This document shows positions 50,950-64,000 of a stretch of DNA of 64,000 nt, one piece after another. The stretch comes from Octopus sinensis (taxonomy: Eukaryota). Each line of letters starts with the position of its first letter. The first letter of the stretch is position 1. The notes under the pieces were generated by a model, which worked only from the letters and a program-made list of their open reading frames with translations, made no database searches and was not told the DNA's origin. Made by a program: the position numbers and the translations under genes. The stretch is from assembly GCF_006345805.1 (NCBI RefSeq), contig NC_043007.1, forward strand, positions 76,570,001 through 76,634,000, written 5' to 3'.

Positions 50950-51300
50950 TTGTATATCCGCATAGTGGAAACAATCCGCCATGTTTCCGTACATTGGTAT
51001 CACAGTTCTGTTGTTGTTTGCTTGACGAGATAACCTCGTGTATTTTACTGACGATAATTAGGGCCATTTTTTTCTTTTTTTTTAATCTCCAACTTCTTCG
51101 ACATATCGGATATTCAAAAAAAAAACAACAAAACACAAGCGTATCGGGTGTTTATTTCATGTGGAGGTAAGTAATGTAATAAGTCCATCACTGTTTACTG
51201 AAGCGCAACGTCGTGGGTGTGTGTGAGTCTGAAACAGTTTCACCTCACCACACAACACGGCCACCACACTCTTTTCATTCATAGTCACACACACACATAC
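50950..51300. promoter_or_regulatory. CpG-rich candidate promoter/first-exon region with YY1 motif
   Basis: CCGCCATGTT at 50976-50985 (YY1 consensus CCGCCATNTT); many CpGs against CpG-poor 34.7-50.4 kb; plus-strand donor AG|GTAAGT at 51166. Confidence 0.45.
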
Positions 51301-51634
51301 ACAACAAACCAACATTACAAAAGATTTAAGACCGGTTCCTTTATTAATTCACACGATATAACAATTCACAAAACAACATATCAACGGCATAATCTTTTCT
51401 TAGCAGTTTGTTTTTGTTCTTATACAACCGTTTCGATAATATACCGGTTTAAGTGTCGACAACAAACCTCCCACAAGATACTTAAGAAGGACGGATTTGA
51501 ATGTTATCTTATTTATCTTTCTGTGTTTAAGATATTACCCGCGATACATAACATACATACAAAATACCGTGTATATATATGTATGTATATATATCTATCT
51601 TTTGGAGGATATCGTCATTAATAATTGGCAGACT

Positions 51635-51719
51635 TAATGAATACGGATAAAATCAGATTATTTCTGGATTATCTTATTCTTTCATAGATTATAATTTACA
51701 TTGTTTGAACACGGTGCAT

Positions 51720-51771
<52 letters not shown>

Positions 51772-51785
51772 CGTGTGTGTAGTAT

Positions 51786-51833
<48 letters not shown>

Positions 51834-51857
51834 GTGAGTATAGTATGTTTATATATT

Positions 51858-51891
<34 letters not shown>

Positions 51892-51986
51892 AGTATGTAT
51901 ATATATATATACGTGAGTATAGTATATGTTTATATATATATATATACATACACACACACACACATATATATGTGTGTGTATGTATG

Positions 51987-52020
<34 letters not shown>

Positions 52021-52541
52021 GTTTGATATTCAGTTAATTTGTTATCAGATTTTTTTTCGGTATTAATGATGAGGTTGCTAATATATGGAAAATAATGATT
52101 AATTAGGATAACTCCCCACCTCTTTTTCCGTCTTATTTTATACATATAAATACACACACACACATGTATTTCATTTGGAGATTATTTGGCAAACCCCTTT
52201 ATTTTTTTATATTTTTTTTTACTCTCTCTCTGTCACAAGCACATAAATACATATACGTAGAATATGCGTGTGTGTGTGTTTGATTTGCAGATAATTTAAC
52301 CATTGTTGCTACAAGAAGGACACTAAATGATGATATCGCTAAAACCACTTTTCACCGTAGAAACCAATTTCTATCAACCTTCGCTTGGAATTGTCTTTTT
52401 TTTGTACAGTAACCACGTACACTCTGCTCTACTCTCTATCTACCCACTCTCTCTCTTTATCTATCTATCTATCTATCTATCTATACCAGTGTTTATATAC
52501 ATGTACATCAGTTTATGCATATTACATGTATTTGTCTCCTG

Positions 52542-52592
<51 letters not shown>

Positions 52593-53082
52593 CACGCATT
52601 ATTTTGTATCTATAATATACGTATATATTATCCATAAACACGCACATATATATGTATATATATATATATATCTAAATCGATAGATACACATATATTTATA
52701 TATGTATATAGACATATATTACATATACATGCAAGCATGCATCGTTCACACACACACACACACTAACACCTCTGTTACGATGACCATTAAAATTGTGTTT
52801 GGCAAACTCAATACACGTCGGACAAATTACCTTGTAATATTGAGTTACGTTTTGAGTTCGAATCTTGTCGAGACCAACTTTGCCTTTCATCCTTTCGGAC
52901 TCTGTAAAATAAAGTATCACTATCAGTCATGTATATGGATCGATTCCCTACAAAAAAATTGTGATCTTGTGCCTACGTTAGAAACGTAATGAATACGGAT
53001 AAAATCAGATTATTTCTGGATTATCTTATTCTTTCATAGATTATAATTTACATTGTTTGAACACGGTGCATATACATACATA
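51635..53082 (+). repeat. 96-bp exact direct repeat (51635-51730 and 52987-53082)
   Basis: Identical by eye; both copies are followed by (TA)n and TACGTGTGTGTAGTATG. Confidence 0.9.
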
Positions 53083-53094
53083 CATATATATATA

Positions 53095-53141
<47 letters not shown>

Positions 53142-53152
53142 ATATATATCTA

Positions 53153-53183
<31 letters not shown>

Positions 53184-54163
53184 GTGTGTGTAGTATGTGT
53201 TTATATTTGTATATGTATGACAAGCTTGCAGAATCGATAGCACGCCGGACAAAGTGCTTAGCGGCATTTCTTCCGGCTTAATGTCAGAGGTCGACTCTGC
53301 CTTTCATTGTTTCGGGGTCGATAATGTAGGTACCAAATGAGCTTTGCGGTAGATGTAATCGACTTCCTCTCTTCTCAAAATTGCTGGCCTTGTGCCAAAA
53401 TTAGAATTATAATTAGCAGTGAAATGATAAAATCGTTAACGAGTCGGATAAAATGCTTTAACGGTATTTATTTATGACCCTTTTCGTTTTAAGTTTAATT
53501 CCCATTGAGCTCAACTAGCCTTTCCTCTTCCTTTGATCTAATTAAGTGTTGGTCTAGTACTGAAATTCTTTAATTCTTGTTAACCAAATTTAAGTCCCTG
53601 TTCCTGTGTGTGAAATAGTCAATTTCCCCACATAATCGATTCTGCAGAAACCCTCACCGTTTTCGTAATTTGTCCTTGTAATACATCCTTCATCCGTCGC
53701 TCTTGTGGCAAATAACGGCCAACCTTCAGTATTTGCTAGACATCATTCATTCCCATAACCTTTCCTCAAAATTGACGGACGACGTCTCTTCATACCGATC
53801 CTCTGGATACCAATACCGAAGGATCACCTATCTCACTGTATTATTACAAGTCTTAAAATCCTTAATAAGTCGCTTATTCCCCATGTTCTTTGCACGTTTT
53901 TTTTTTTTTTTTACCAAAATTACTTTTATCTTGTTTACAGCCCGGTAAATATCTGAATTATTTTAGCCTCAAAGCACCGTGTAACCGAAGATGTTAAGCA
54001 TCCACCCAGCAGAATTATGTGATATGTGTGGTTCTGTGTGTGTGTGTGTGTGTGTTTCTGTGGGTATTTCTGTTTGTCTTATTGCATGTTTTAGTTCTTT
54101 TGCCTGCTTGTATTGTGTCTGTATGCGGGTGGGGGTGTATTTCTGTTTATATATTATCAGGGC

Positions 54164-54199
<36 letters not shown>

Positions 54200-56056
54200 T
54201 GTATGATGTAGGTATGTCTGTTTATTTCAGTATGTCCCTAATTTGTGACAGTTTGTGAGTGAGCTTATACAAAAAAACTTATTCCACTGTTTGAATTACG
54301 AGTGTACATAATAAACTGGTTCATCATCATCATTACACGTCGCATATTAGAACCATGTTCACTTTCCGTTTTCTTGTTATCCTTGCTAAAAAGATGGTTG
54401 AATGCCAGAAACGGTGGCTTGCCGGACTACACATAGTGTTTGTTGTTTTTGTTCAAAACATTCCGGAATGAGAAAATCGATACCAGTCATGTCCTAATGT
54501 CATTTAAATTTCACAAATTGCCTACAAGTTTAATTGTACTATACTGTATAAACCGTGAATATTTCGATAAAAAAAAAAAGGAAAACGGTACATATTCATG
54601 TTATAGCGCTCTTTATATAATATATAGATATCCTTTCTACTCGAGGCACAAAACCTGAAATTCCGATGGGAGGAGGCTAGTCGATTACATCGATTCCAGT
54701 GCTCACTAGTACTTATTGATATGTCTTAATAATAACATCTAGTTCTTACGAGTAAGGCCAAATATTTTCAAGAAAGAGGAATGTAGTTATGCGATGTTCA
54801 TGCCTTCCTGAAAAAAGAATTAGCGACGTAAATATAACCAAGTGAAATTGTCTTTTACTGAGAGCGGAAATAGCATCGTGCGTTTTTGTCATCCTCTCTA
54901 ATAAAAAAAAAAAAATTGCTGTTTGTCACTATAGTTTGGTGAATTTGTTGTGCTCTATTGAATCATCTTCAGTATGTGACTTGATATTTATTTGATATTC
55001 ACCCCCGGCGTGGATAAAGAGTGAAATCTTTGTCACTGAGGCTCAAGTTAAAATACTCATAGTTTGACACTGTCGTCTGTGTTAGCTCCCCCCATCCATT
55101 GGTTTTTCTTTCATCTCACTAAGATCAAGCTTTACTTTTTAGGAAATGGGAAGTTGTGACGTTCACCTATTTCGTTACGAATCCATAGGACTATGGATCA
55201 AAGAATAAGTTATCCTTTCTCAACCATATTTACATTTTAATTAAGACGGATAATAAGTCTAGTAAATGAAATCTGTGTATAAGCGACTGTTGTACACGAC
55301 TGGTATTTATCGATCCAAAGAGGAATCTTATGTATGGCCACTTAACCTGTTAGAAATAGCAACCGAATCTGCACCAAATTATACGCTGCAGCCTTAAAAA
55401 GAAGAAAAAAAGGCAGGTACATTAGAAACTGAAGCCAAAGCCAGGTGAATCGTTAGATCGTCGGGCAAAATGTGGTATTTAGTTTGGGCACTTTACTTTC
55501 TGAGATCAAATCGCGCCTGATTCAACAATGTCCTTCATTTTGCCGATAAAATAAAGGACCAGCCAAACACTAGACGAGATTTAATATTCCTACAAAGTAT
55601 CCTAAATGTGAATGGAATTAGAATAGGAGACAATAGATTCCATCCCGATGCATATTATACTACAGAGTATGTCTAGATTTTTAGCTACCACTATATGTAT
55701 ACGTACATGTAAACTCCTTGGCTCTTTGAAGCGATATAATTTTATATTGAAAAACAGGTATTGATGATGTGTGGACCTTTTGGTGCTTGCTCGTTATTTA
55801 TTTGAATGTCGTGGTTAATATAGATAACTTTTTACTTCTCAGTTGGTCAAATGACATAAATCGGTTTCATATTTATGTAGGGGGTTCCTAATTTGCAATG
55901 ATTGAAGGGTAATTTACAGATTTGTGGCGTTCGTGGTTTCCTCGACAACCTTTTAAACCTTGTAATTATTACGTGATTGATTCCTAAGAGTAGAATGGAC
56001 TACCGCTTTGTCATATTATATCTGCAGTTAACACATGCTAGGGAAAGAGAGAAGAC

Positions 56057-56126
<70 letters not shown>

Positions 56127-56559
56127 TGGAAGGTTTGGAGATGATGTACAGGTATATATATATTATATATATATATATATATAATTGCCAACCAAATGTG
56201 GCGTCCAATACGGGACAGCGCTACTGACGTTTATATCCCCAGGAAGACATCTCCTCTGGCTGGCTAATGGCACATATTCTGTGTCCGATCCCAAGCCTTA
56301 CGTGATACATACGGACACGATATTTTGGGTGGTTACTCGTCCTTAGCGAGTGTTAATCACTAGCTAGTGATGAAAACTCACCCCACTCGCAAAATACTAT
56401 ATGCTTGGACGATAGATAGCGAGTTAGAAAGAGAAAATAGAATAAGAGGTTTGAGTTCAATTCTATTTTTACTTGGTTGTGTATTTTTATTCCTCAGAAC
56501 GCAGCGCATAAAGTCAGCTGTGATGGAGCAGATCTAGCATCCCAACCACGGCCATCATA

Positions 56560-56612
<53 letters not shown>

Positions 56613-57929
56613 AGACTACAGCGTCCGATATTTCTTTCGTTTTTCTTAAAGTGGCATGTATGATTTGAGGGAGATATGGAGGCCTTTTATTTTTTTTAAC
56701 AAATCGAGTGACCACATCTCAGAGGGAGAGAGATAGAGAGGGTCTTCATAAATTATCTTTTCAACTTTCACAATTTATTGTATCTGTTAAAGTTGGGATC
56801 CATCAATCAACTTTGCATTTGAAATAAATAGTAAAGTGTTCTGAGGTTTGTAATAAAACTTTGCCTACATTTTCCCATAAACTCTGCTGAGTTATCCTTG
56901 TTTTTCATGTTTTTTTGTGTGTATTTTTCAAATTGATAAAAGTAATTTATGGACACCCTGTATGTAAACAACACTGCCTCAAACTAGAGGAAGAGAGCCT
57001 CTGCGTGGTCACTCAACCTGTTTAGAATAGTTATACTCACACACACAGGTCTGAGATGGTGTTTTGAAACTGACACAGCTGAAGTATTTAAAGCAAACAT
57101 TTATAATGTTATTCACTTTTGTTTTACTATTTATTAATATATTGAAAATACAGAAAACATATTTTCTTCTTCAACTAAGATTTCATTGATCTTATCTAGA
57201 AAAGAAGGTGAGAGGGTAGAACTGCTGTTAGTGTATTTGCTCAAAGACTGGTCAAAGTAAAGAGCGCATTCCAAGTGAATAGAACAACTTTCAGCATGTA
57301 AGCCAGAGAACACAGCTAGCAAAAAGTACTTCACCTTGGTGGTCAGGCTTGGATCTTCGAGATTCCTTGTTTGGCCTGAGGTAGCTGTCCTATTTTGAAG
57401 TCTTTTTTCATTTAAACTGCATGCATTTCCTGGTCTTTCTTTTTCATAATTGCTTCTGCATAAATCTCTTTTAAATTATCCCTTGTAATAATACCAACCT
57501 ATTTATCACTTGCTTTTCATTCTCTCAGGGCCAATACATTAAAGTACTAGTCGCAAAACTGGGATTGCTGGTAAACACTAACCACCTTATACTTGCTAGT
57601 TTTGTGTCTAAATCAGAATCCATTATAATTATTATTATAATAAGGGTGGCAAGCTAGCAAAATCATCAGAATGATAAATACCTAGTTCTGATTCTTTATG
57701 TTCTGAGTTCTGTTTCTGGTGAGGTCAATTTTGCCTTTTATCCTTTCAAGATTGATAAAATAGTCAAGTACTGATTTTGAACATAATGACTAACCTGCAC
57801 TCCCACAAAAGTGCTTCCCTTGTGCCTTAATCAAAAACATTATTATTACCTTCAGAGGAAGCTATCCTTAAAATATCTAGCAGAGCTGTTAAATACCTGT
57901 ATTGTATCTGTCATAACTTACTACTTGAT

Positions 57930-59420
57930 GGTTATGTTTTACCCCAGTCCCTTATTGTCCAGGATGGTTTGTCTGGTCCTCCACTTCTCGTGAAGGGACA
58001 TGGTCCATCTGTTGTTTGTACCCCCCAGAAGGCAGGTTCAACATTTTGTGGCTATTGATGTACAGACATGCTCTGAGGTTGTGCCACCTGTTAATTTTTG
58101 TAGATAGTGATCAGGTGTGGTCCCCATTTATTTGTAAGGCACATTTTTCTGCAGTTCCTCTCTTTGATGGAACTTCAGTCTTGTGTCAAGAAAAGATTAA
58201 GATTGGGTATCTGGCACATGGAATGTCATTAGCCTCATACCATCCTCTACCAGTTAGGAATGTAGTCAGTGAATGTTCCACTTTATTGATATGTAGAGAA
58301 CTAGTAGTGTGTAAGAGCACTTATGTTCTGGGAAAACTGAAGGTGCCAACAATAATGAACTAACCAGTTTGTTTCAAAGGATATTGAACTGGGTACTATC
58401 TATTTCCTGAAATTCTTGTCTTAGAAGTGCTTCTGAGTGGTACTACTGGTGTGAGGTGAATTTTAACAAGCATGAAAGTGCCTTCAGGCAGGACTGCCCT
58501 TAATGTATACAGTAACAAAACTGTATTGCATGCATTTATGCAGTGTTTGAGCATTGCTCACTTGTTGAATTATGTCAAACAGCTGTTGTTGTATGTAAGA
58601 TGAATTCAACTATCACCTCAGTCCATTGTAAGGATTGCACGACTGCCCAACAAGGTAGAGCAAGCAATGCTCCTCTGTCTGGTAACTGTGGCAAAAGTAG
58701 TTGTGTGATGGATGAGGTTGAAAGGATTAAGGACAGGCACCTTCCACTTAGGTTAAACCCTCATCGGCTTTTTCATGTTTCATATGGAAAGGAAAGTGAG
58801 AGTGGAGAGGGACATACTTTCTTCCAGTGAATTTATTAAAAGGTGGGTGATAGATAAAAACAGTCAGAGTGACTGGAACTACTCAAAGAATGTGCTTATA
58901 AGCTGGAGAACAACAGTTGGCTGAAGTGGTCGGGTTGAACTCTCATCAGCGTTTACAAGTAACTGTTTGAAGAGAAAGGTGGCATAGAAAGAAATGCTGA
59001 CCTGTCATAAATGTTTTGAAAGGTAAGTGAAAGTTGTGAAGCTGGTGTAGCTAAATGGGCCTACTGTAACATTAGGGCTGTAGGTTGGAGACAAGACCTG
59101 GGAGAAGGCAGTTCTGTTTAGTGGGTCAGAGTATTTTGGGATTGCATGTGGGGTGCTCCAAATTATGCTGTGTATATTCCTCACCATTTTGGAGATCCTT
59201 TTATGTTATTTTCCTGTTGTATACTGTTATTGCTGTTTATTTTTTGTCATTAACATGGTCTTTATTATTAGTTGATCTCACCCTTCTACTTTAGGCAACA
59301 TACCTCCTACCAGCTGTTACTTGTTTGTAGTTATGTATTGTACCTTTGTCTTTGAATTGTCCCTAACATGTTGGAACTCCGTGACCAATAAATGAAATAA
59401 TTATAAATATAAAAAAAATG
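57930..59420 (+). pseudogene. Tx1-like LINE 3' part, degraded
   Basis: WLLMYRHALRL..QVWSPF; FFMFHMERKVRVERDILSSSEFIKRWV; AATAAA and A-run near 59387-59418. Confidence 0.65.
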
Positions 59421-59899
59421 TTTCCTTTACTAATCACAAGGGTTGAATAGGATTGAAGATGGTACAGGAGGATACAGTGTGGGATTATATAAAAAGCATG
59501 TGAAAAGAGAAAATAACAAAGCTAAAGAAAAGCCCTGATATTTAAAGAAAAATGCTCTCAAAGGAGGAATTTTCCAAGGGTTGCTTGTGGAAACCCCACA
59601 GAATCACTGTCACCCTAAGGCAAGTGCCATCTTTTTGTTGTTCTCCTCTATGAACTTCATTACAGGACATTTGCACAAGAATGATGACAATCACAGCAAT
59701 AGCAGCAATAGAATAGACAAAGTTTTTAATGAGGACAGCATCACAAACAACACCATCTTGTGCCAGCAGTAACAAGAGTGACAGTAACAGCAGCAGTGAT
59801 AGCAACAGTGACAACATGAACAATAACAGCAACATCAACAAAGATGACAACAATGTAAGTGATCAGGGGTGGGGGAGACTGCATAGGCAAGCAATCTTT

Positions 59900-62640
59900 T
59901 GTTGGGATGACAGCCAGATCAACACATTGCTTTTTGTTTTTCCCAAATGACAAAGAGGCACTTGGAAAGTGAATGGGAGGAGAACACTTGTTGCCACTCA
60001 GCTGAGGTTCTGGCTGGAAGATGGTGTATCACCATGTATTGGCTAAAACCTGATGCTTAGAAGCAAGTGGAAAGGGCCCTTAAAGAAATTTGGGAAGATA
60101 TAGGTCGTGTGACCAGGGCAAGGTAGTTTTGGAGTGTGAAGGACCTCTTCAAGAGTGAAGCTCTCCATAGCTTCCATATGTGACAGGGAACTCACAATCC
60201 ACCTAACATATTTAGGGAGAAAGATCTGTTGTGTTAAAATAGCGTTGCACCTAGTTGGACATCCAGTGCTTGTTGCTTGTCTTGACATAAAGGAAGTTTT
60301 GGTTTGAGGCCACGATGGAGATCTTTCCTCGCATCAAACCAATGATGTGGAAAGGATCCCAGATCTTATCCTGACCAATGGAGTGGAGCTGTGTGTTGCA
60401 TTTAAATGTAGAAGGCCAAGATGCCACTTGTGTGGTGCTGAAGGCCAGTTTTCTGTTTTCAACTAAAAACAGAAAAGAGTCCTCCCTTGCTGACTTCACA
60501 ACCCCCATCTAAACAGCAGTCAGCAGCAATAACAGTAGGACATAGGCACAAACATAAAATCACCCTCCACTATAAAACTTTGTGTTGATAAGGAGTATGA
60601 ATGAAAAAATATCCTTTATTGCACAAAAAGAAAACATTGAAACAGAAGTAGAGATCTTCTGGTTCAGCACTTTCAAAGGGCCACAAAATTTGAGAATAAA
60701 GCTGGGTTTGGAGGCATACAAAATAATTAGGATAATTTTTCCTATTATATGAGAAGCTTCTGCACAAAGGTTAACAGTAGGCTCAGCAAGACTAAGATTT
60801 CTGATACATTTTTAGCGACCCTGCAATCTTGGCAGCCCGCACTCAACTCAGTATATTGGAATGGAGTGTTAGTGCTGTTTTGGAAAAGGTTTTGGGCCTT
60901 AAGCTATAGTCAATTTTATTGGACTGAGACAGCAAGTGGTTCTAGATGTGAATGGTAATGGTGGTAATACCATTAGACTTGTGTACTGGGATGGAGCCAC
61001 CTCATTTCTTCAGGTGTCTGGAGGTTTCCGGGAGACATCCTGCTCTTTAGTGTCACTGGGTGATTGGAATGACATCTTGGATGCATGTTTGGATTGTGTG
61101 GGATAGCTGATGGGAGGCAGATGTGTAAAAGCCTTGCTGACTTCACTAATTTCCAGTTGGTTGAGAAGAACCGATTGGATTTCCTGGTTGCACCATGTGG
61201 TCACAGACAGCTGGTATCTTGTCCAGATCCTATCTACTTAAAGTATTCAGTGGGTCAGCAGATAGGGACAGCATAAGGTACCTACAGTTCTAAGCAATTG
61301 GCTTCACAGACTACAAATTTGTGATCTGTACAGCCAACCTAGAGAGGTTGCATACACAGGGACTCGGTTACTGGAAATTGAACAGGTTTTTCCAGTGTGC
61401 CAAATTAGACAACAAGTTAAGGAGCTGATGGGGCACTTGTTAACAACTGATGGTGGTTGACCCTGAACAGGGCTATTAGAGGTGATAAAGTGTAGTAAGG
61501 AAATAGTAATAGTGAATTGTAAAGAGAGAGCCAGTTTGTGACCTAAAAGAGGTGCTTAGAAAAGGTATTACGACTGATGTGCTGGCAACAAGGTTGACCC
61601 TTGACTAATTCTTCAATGCTAAACATGAAGGCTGCATTGACAACTAGGGTCCTTGCTTTAAGGCATGAGGAAATGAAAGCTTTTTGATGGTCCTGGGTGG
61701 CAAAAGTGTAATGTGGCAAGAAAGCCACATTTTGACCTCTGACAGATTGGAAGGAACTCCTGTTATTCAGTTCTAAGCAGATGTGTGTGACTTGTCATGG
61801 GCACTTTGCTTAATTGTTTGGAGTGTGTTGAAGGTTGGAGATAAGGATAGACATTACTACCTACCTTGATGGTTTGGTTTGACTCTGAGTTAGGGATGCT
61901 TAGTTCTGAGAAAGGCTGATAACTATGGATGAAATGTAGGAAGCAATGGCTTCACTAGGGGTAGATGGTGTGCCCTATGTGCTTTATTTTTGTTTTTGCC
62001 AGATCTGTTCAGGGGCTTCATGGCAGATGTCTTCTGCAACTGTCTGCTGAATGAGAGAATTCTCAGTCCTTTAGAAAGAGGTGTGACGGTGCTGTTGAGA
62101 AAGAACTTGAACAAGAAAGATGATTTTGACAACTTCAGGCTTGTAACTGTTAAATGCAGAGTTGAAGATTTTTGGCCAAGGTGTTAGCTAAGAGTTGGGT
62201 GCTTGTCATTGATACTCTGGTAAGTAAGTCACAGATGTGCCATACCAATCAGATCTCTCCATGACATCCTCTACCTCATGTAATACATCATAAAAAGAGT
62301 GGGTAAAGAAGCCGTAATGGGAAGGGGCTCTGATTAATTTAGATCACTCAAAAGCTTTTGATAAGGTCAGCCATCAATACCTGGTGGCTATCCTCAATGT
62401 GGATTGTTTGGGACTCATTTTCAGAAGCTGGATTGTTTCAATATACAGTGCCATTTGCTCAGTGGTCAGAGTAAACCGTTGGAACTGTTCAGTATCATGC
62501 TTGGTCGATCAAGAGTACCTGCTCTCTTCCTTCTGTATGTAATGACTCTTGGAGCTACTCTTGTAAAAGCTGGTGGCTCTCAGGGGCATCCTTAGACAAT
62601 TAGGATGCAAAAAAAATTTGCATATGGACAATGTCACCGT
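59900..62640 (+). pseudogene. Tx1-like LINE 5' part (ORF1 relic, APE, N-terminal half of RT)
   Basis: PDLFRG..RGVTVLLRKNLNKKDDFDNFRLVT; DHSKAFDKVSHQYLVAIL; many stops and frameshifts. Confidence 0.75.
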
Positions 62641-62919
62641 AATAGTGACATTGTATTTTTTATAATATATATATAAATATGTATATATATAATATATATG
62701 TATATATATAATATATATATATGTATGTATATAATATATATATATATGTATGTATATAATATATATATGTATGTATGTATGTATATAATATATATATATA
62801 TATATATGTATATAATATATATATATATGTATGTATGTATATAATATATATATATATGTATGTATATAATATATATGTATGTATATAATATAAAAATATT
62901 TGTGTGTATATATATATAT

Positions 62920-63627
62920 ATGAGGGTAACTGTGTGAAAAAGTGCCACACCCTAGTGGTTGAGGGAACCTGTGGAAGAGGTAGATGCAGGAAGACTTGGG
63001 ATGAGGTGGTGAAGCACGACCTTCGAACATTAGGCCTCACTGAGGCAATGACTAGTGATCAAGACCTTTGGAAATATGCAGTGTGTGAGAAGACCTGGCA
63101 AGCCAAGTGAGACCATACCCTGTGGCCTATGCGAGGGGTGTAACCAGCTCACTTATGCGTATCTTTCCTTCATTGAACACTAAACTCTGCTTGTGAAGAC
63201 CTGTTGAGGAAATTGAAATTGAATCAAATTCCATAACTGGCACCCGTGCCAGTGGAGTGCTAAGAGCACCATCCGAGTGTGATCGTTGCCAGAGCAGCTG
63301 ACTAGCTTTCCTGCCGGTGGCACGTGAAAAAGCATTCAAGCGAGGTTGTTGCCAGTGCCTCTGGACTGGCTCCTGTGCAGGTGGAACATAAAAAACACCA
63401 TTTGAACCTGGCTGTTGCAAGTACCACCTGATTGGCCCTCCTGCCAGTGGCACATAAAAGCACCCACTACACTCTCAGAGTGATAGGCATTAGGAAGGGC
63501 ATCCAGCTGTAGAAACTCTGCCAGATCAGATTGGAGCCTAATGCAGCCATTTATTTCGCCAGCCCTTAGTCAAATCATTCAACCTATGCTAGCATGGAAA
63601 GCAGACATTAAACGATGATGATGATGA
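62920..63627 (+). mobile_element. RTE LINE 3' end with (TGA)n tail
   Basis: CVKKCHTLVVEGTCGRGRCRKTWDEVVKHDLRTLGL; 3' UTR matches 31708-32300. Confidence 0.88.
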
Positions 63628-64000
63628 TATATGTATGTATATAATATGTATATATGTATGTACGTAATATATATATATTGCATTTTACTGAGAAAAAGGC
63701 AGAGTTCATAACGTTCTCTGAGCAGAGATGAAAGAAGTTAAGTGCTTATTGTAGAAGTTATTGATTACTGAAAACACATAGTTTGATTGAAAAGTTGAAA
63801 ATTCTACAGCTTTGCAATTGAAAGGTCTTAACAGAGACACTATTTCTTTGCTCTACTTACTTAGCCAGCCAAACTTTACAGTTGAATAGTTAATTTTAGT
63901 GAGGGCATCCAACTAGAAAATACTTTCTCCGGTGATAGATTCACACGACCAAATTTCAGAATCTCCCAAACAACGTAAAAAATCAAAAAAAAAAAAAGAA

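Noticed and set aside
53620-53900. Coding-looking unique sequence
   Set aside because: Stops in all minus-strand frames and no recognisable motif on either strand
56365-56460. C/D box snoRNA (GTGATGA box C)
   Set aside because: No box D (CTGA) or terminal stem at a suitable distance
57134-57480. Possible exon or transposase relic
   Set aside because: Competing weak splice sites and no recognisable motif

Overview
AT-rich, microsatellite-dense eukaryotic DNA. The SINE/LINE families resemble those I recall from Octopus genomes, so the cephalopod assignment is inference. Most of the window is transposon-derived: tRNA-derived SINEs of three families, RTE, Tx1-like and Dong/R4 LINE fragments, Penelope-like fragments, Tc1/mariner remnants and MITEs, Helitron helicase relics, and two non-autonomous Helitrons, one carrying a piggyBac fragment. 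The only long intact coding unit is a near full-length CR1-type LINE (minus strand, ~13546-18410). Its ORF1 carries a PHD finger plus three CCCH fingers and overlaps ORF2 (APE+RT) through a TAATG stop-start; each ORF has one -1 frameshift. Two good and one degenerate minimal type-I hammerhead ribozyme folds were read by eye in Penelope-type repeats. CpG decay in SINE copies, a CpG-rich YY1-motif region near 51 kb and several splice-consensus-bounded segments with a single open frame suggest an unidentified multi-exon host gene on the minus strand (~34.7-51 kb). Most short ORFs in the track are microsatellite artefacts. All family assignments come from motif recognition, not database searches.
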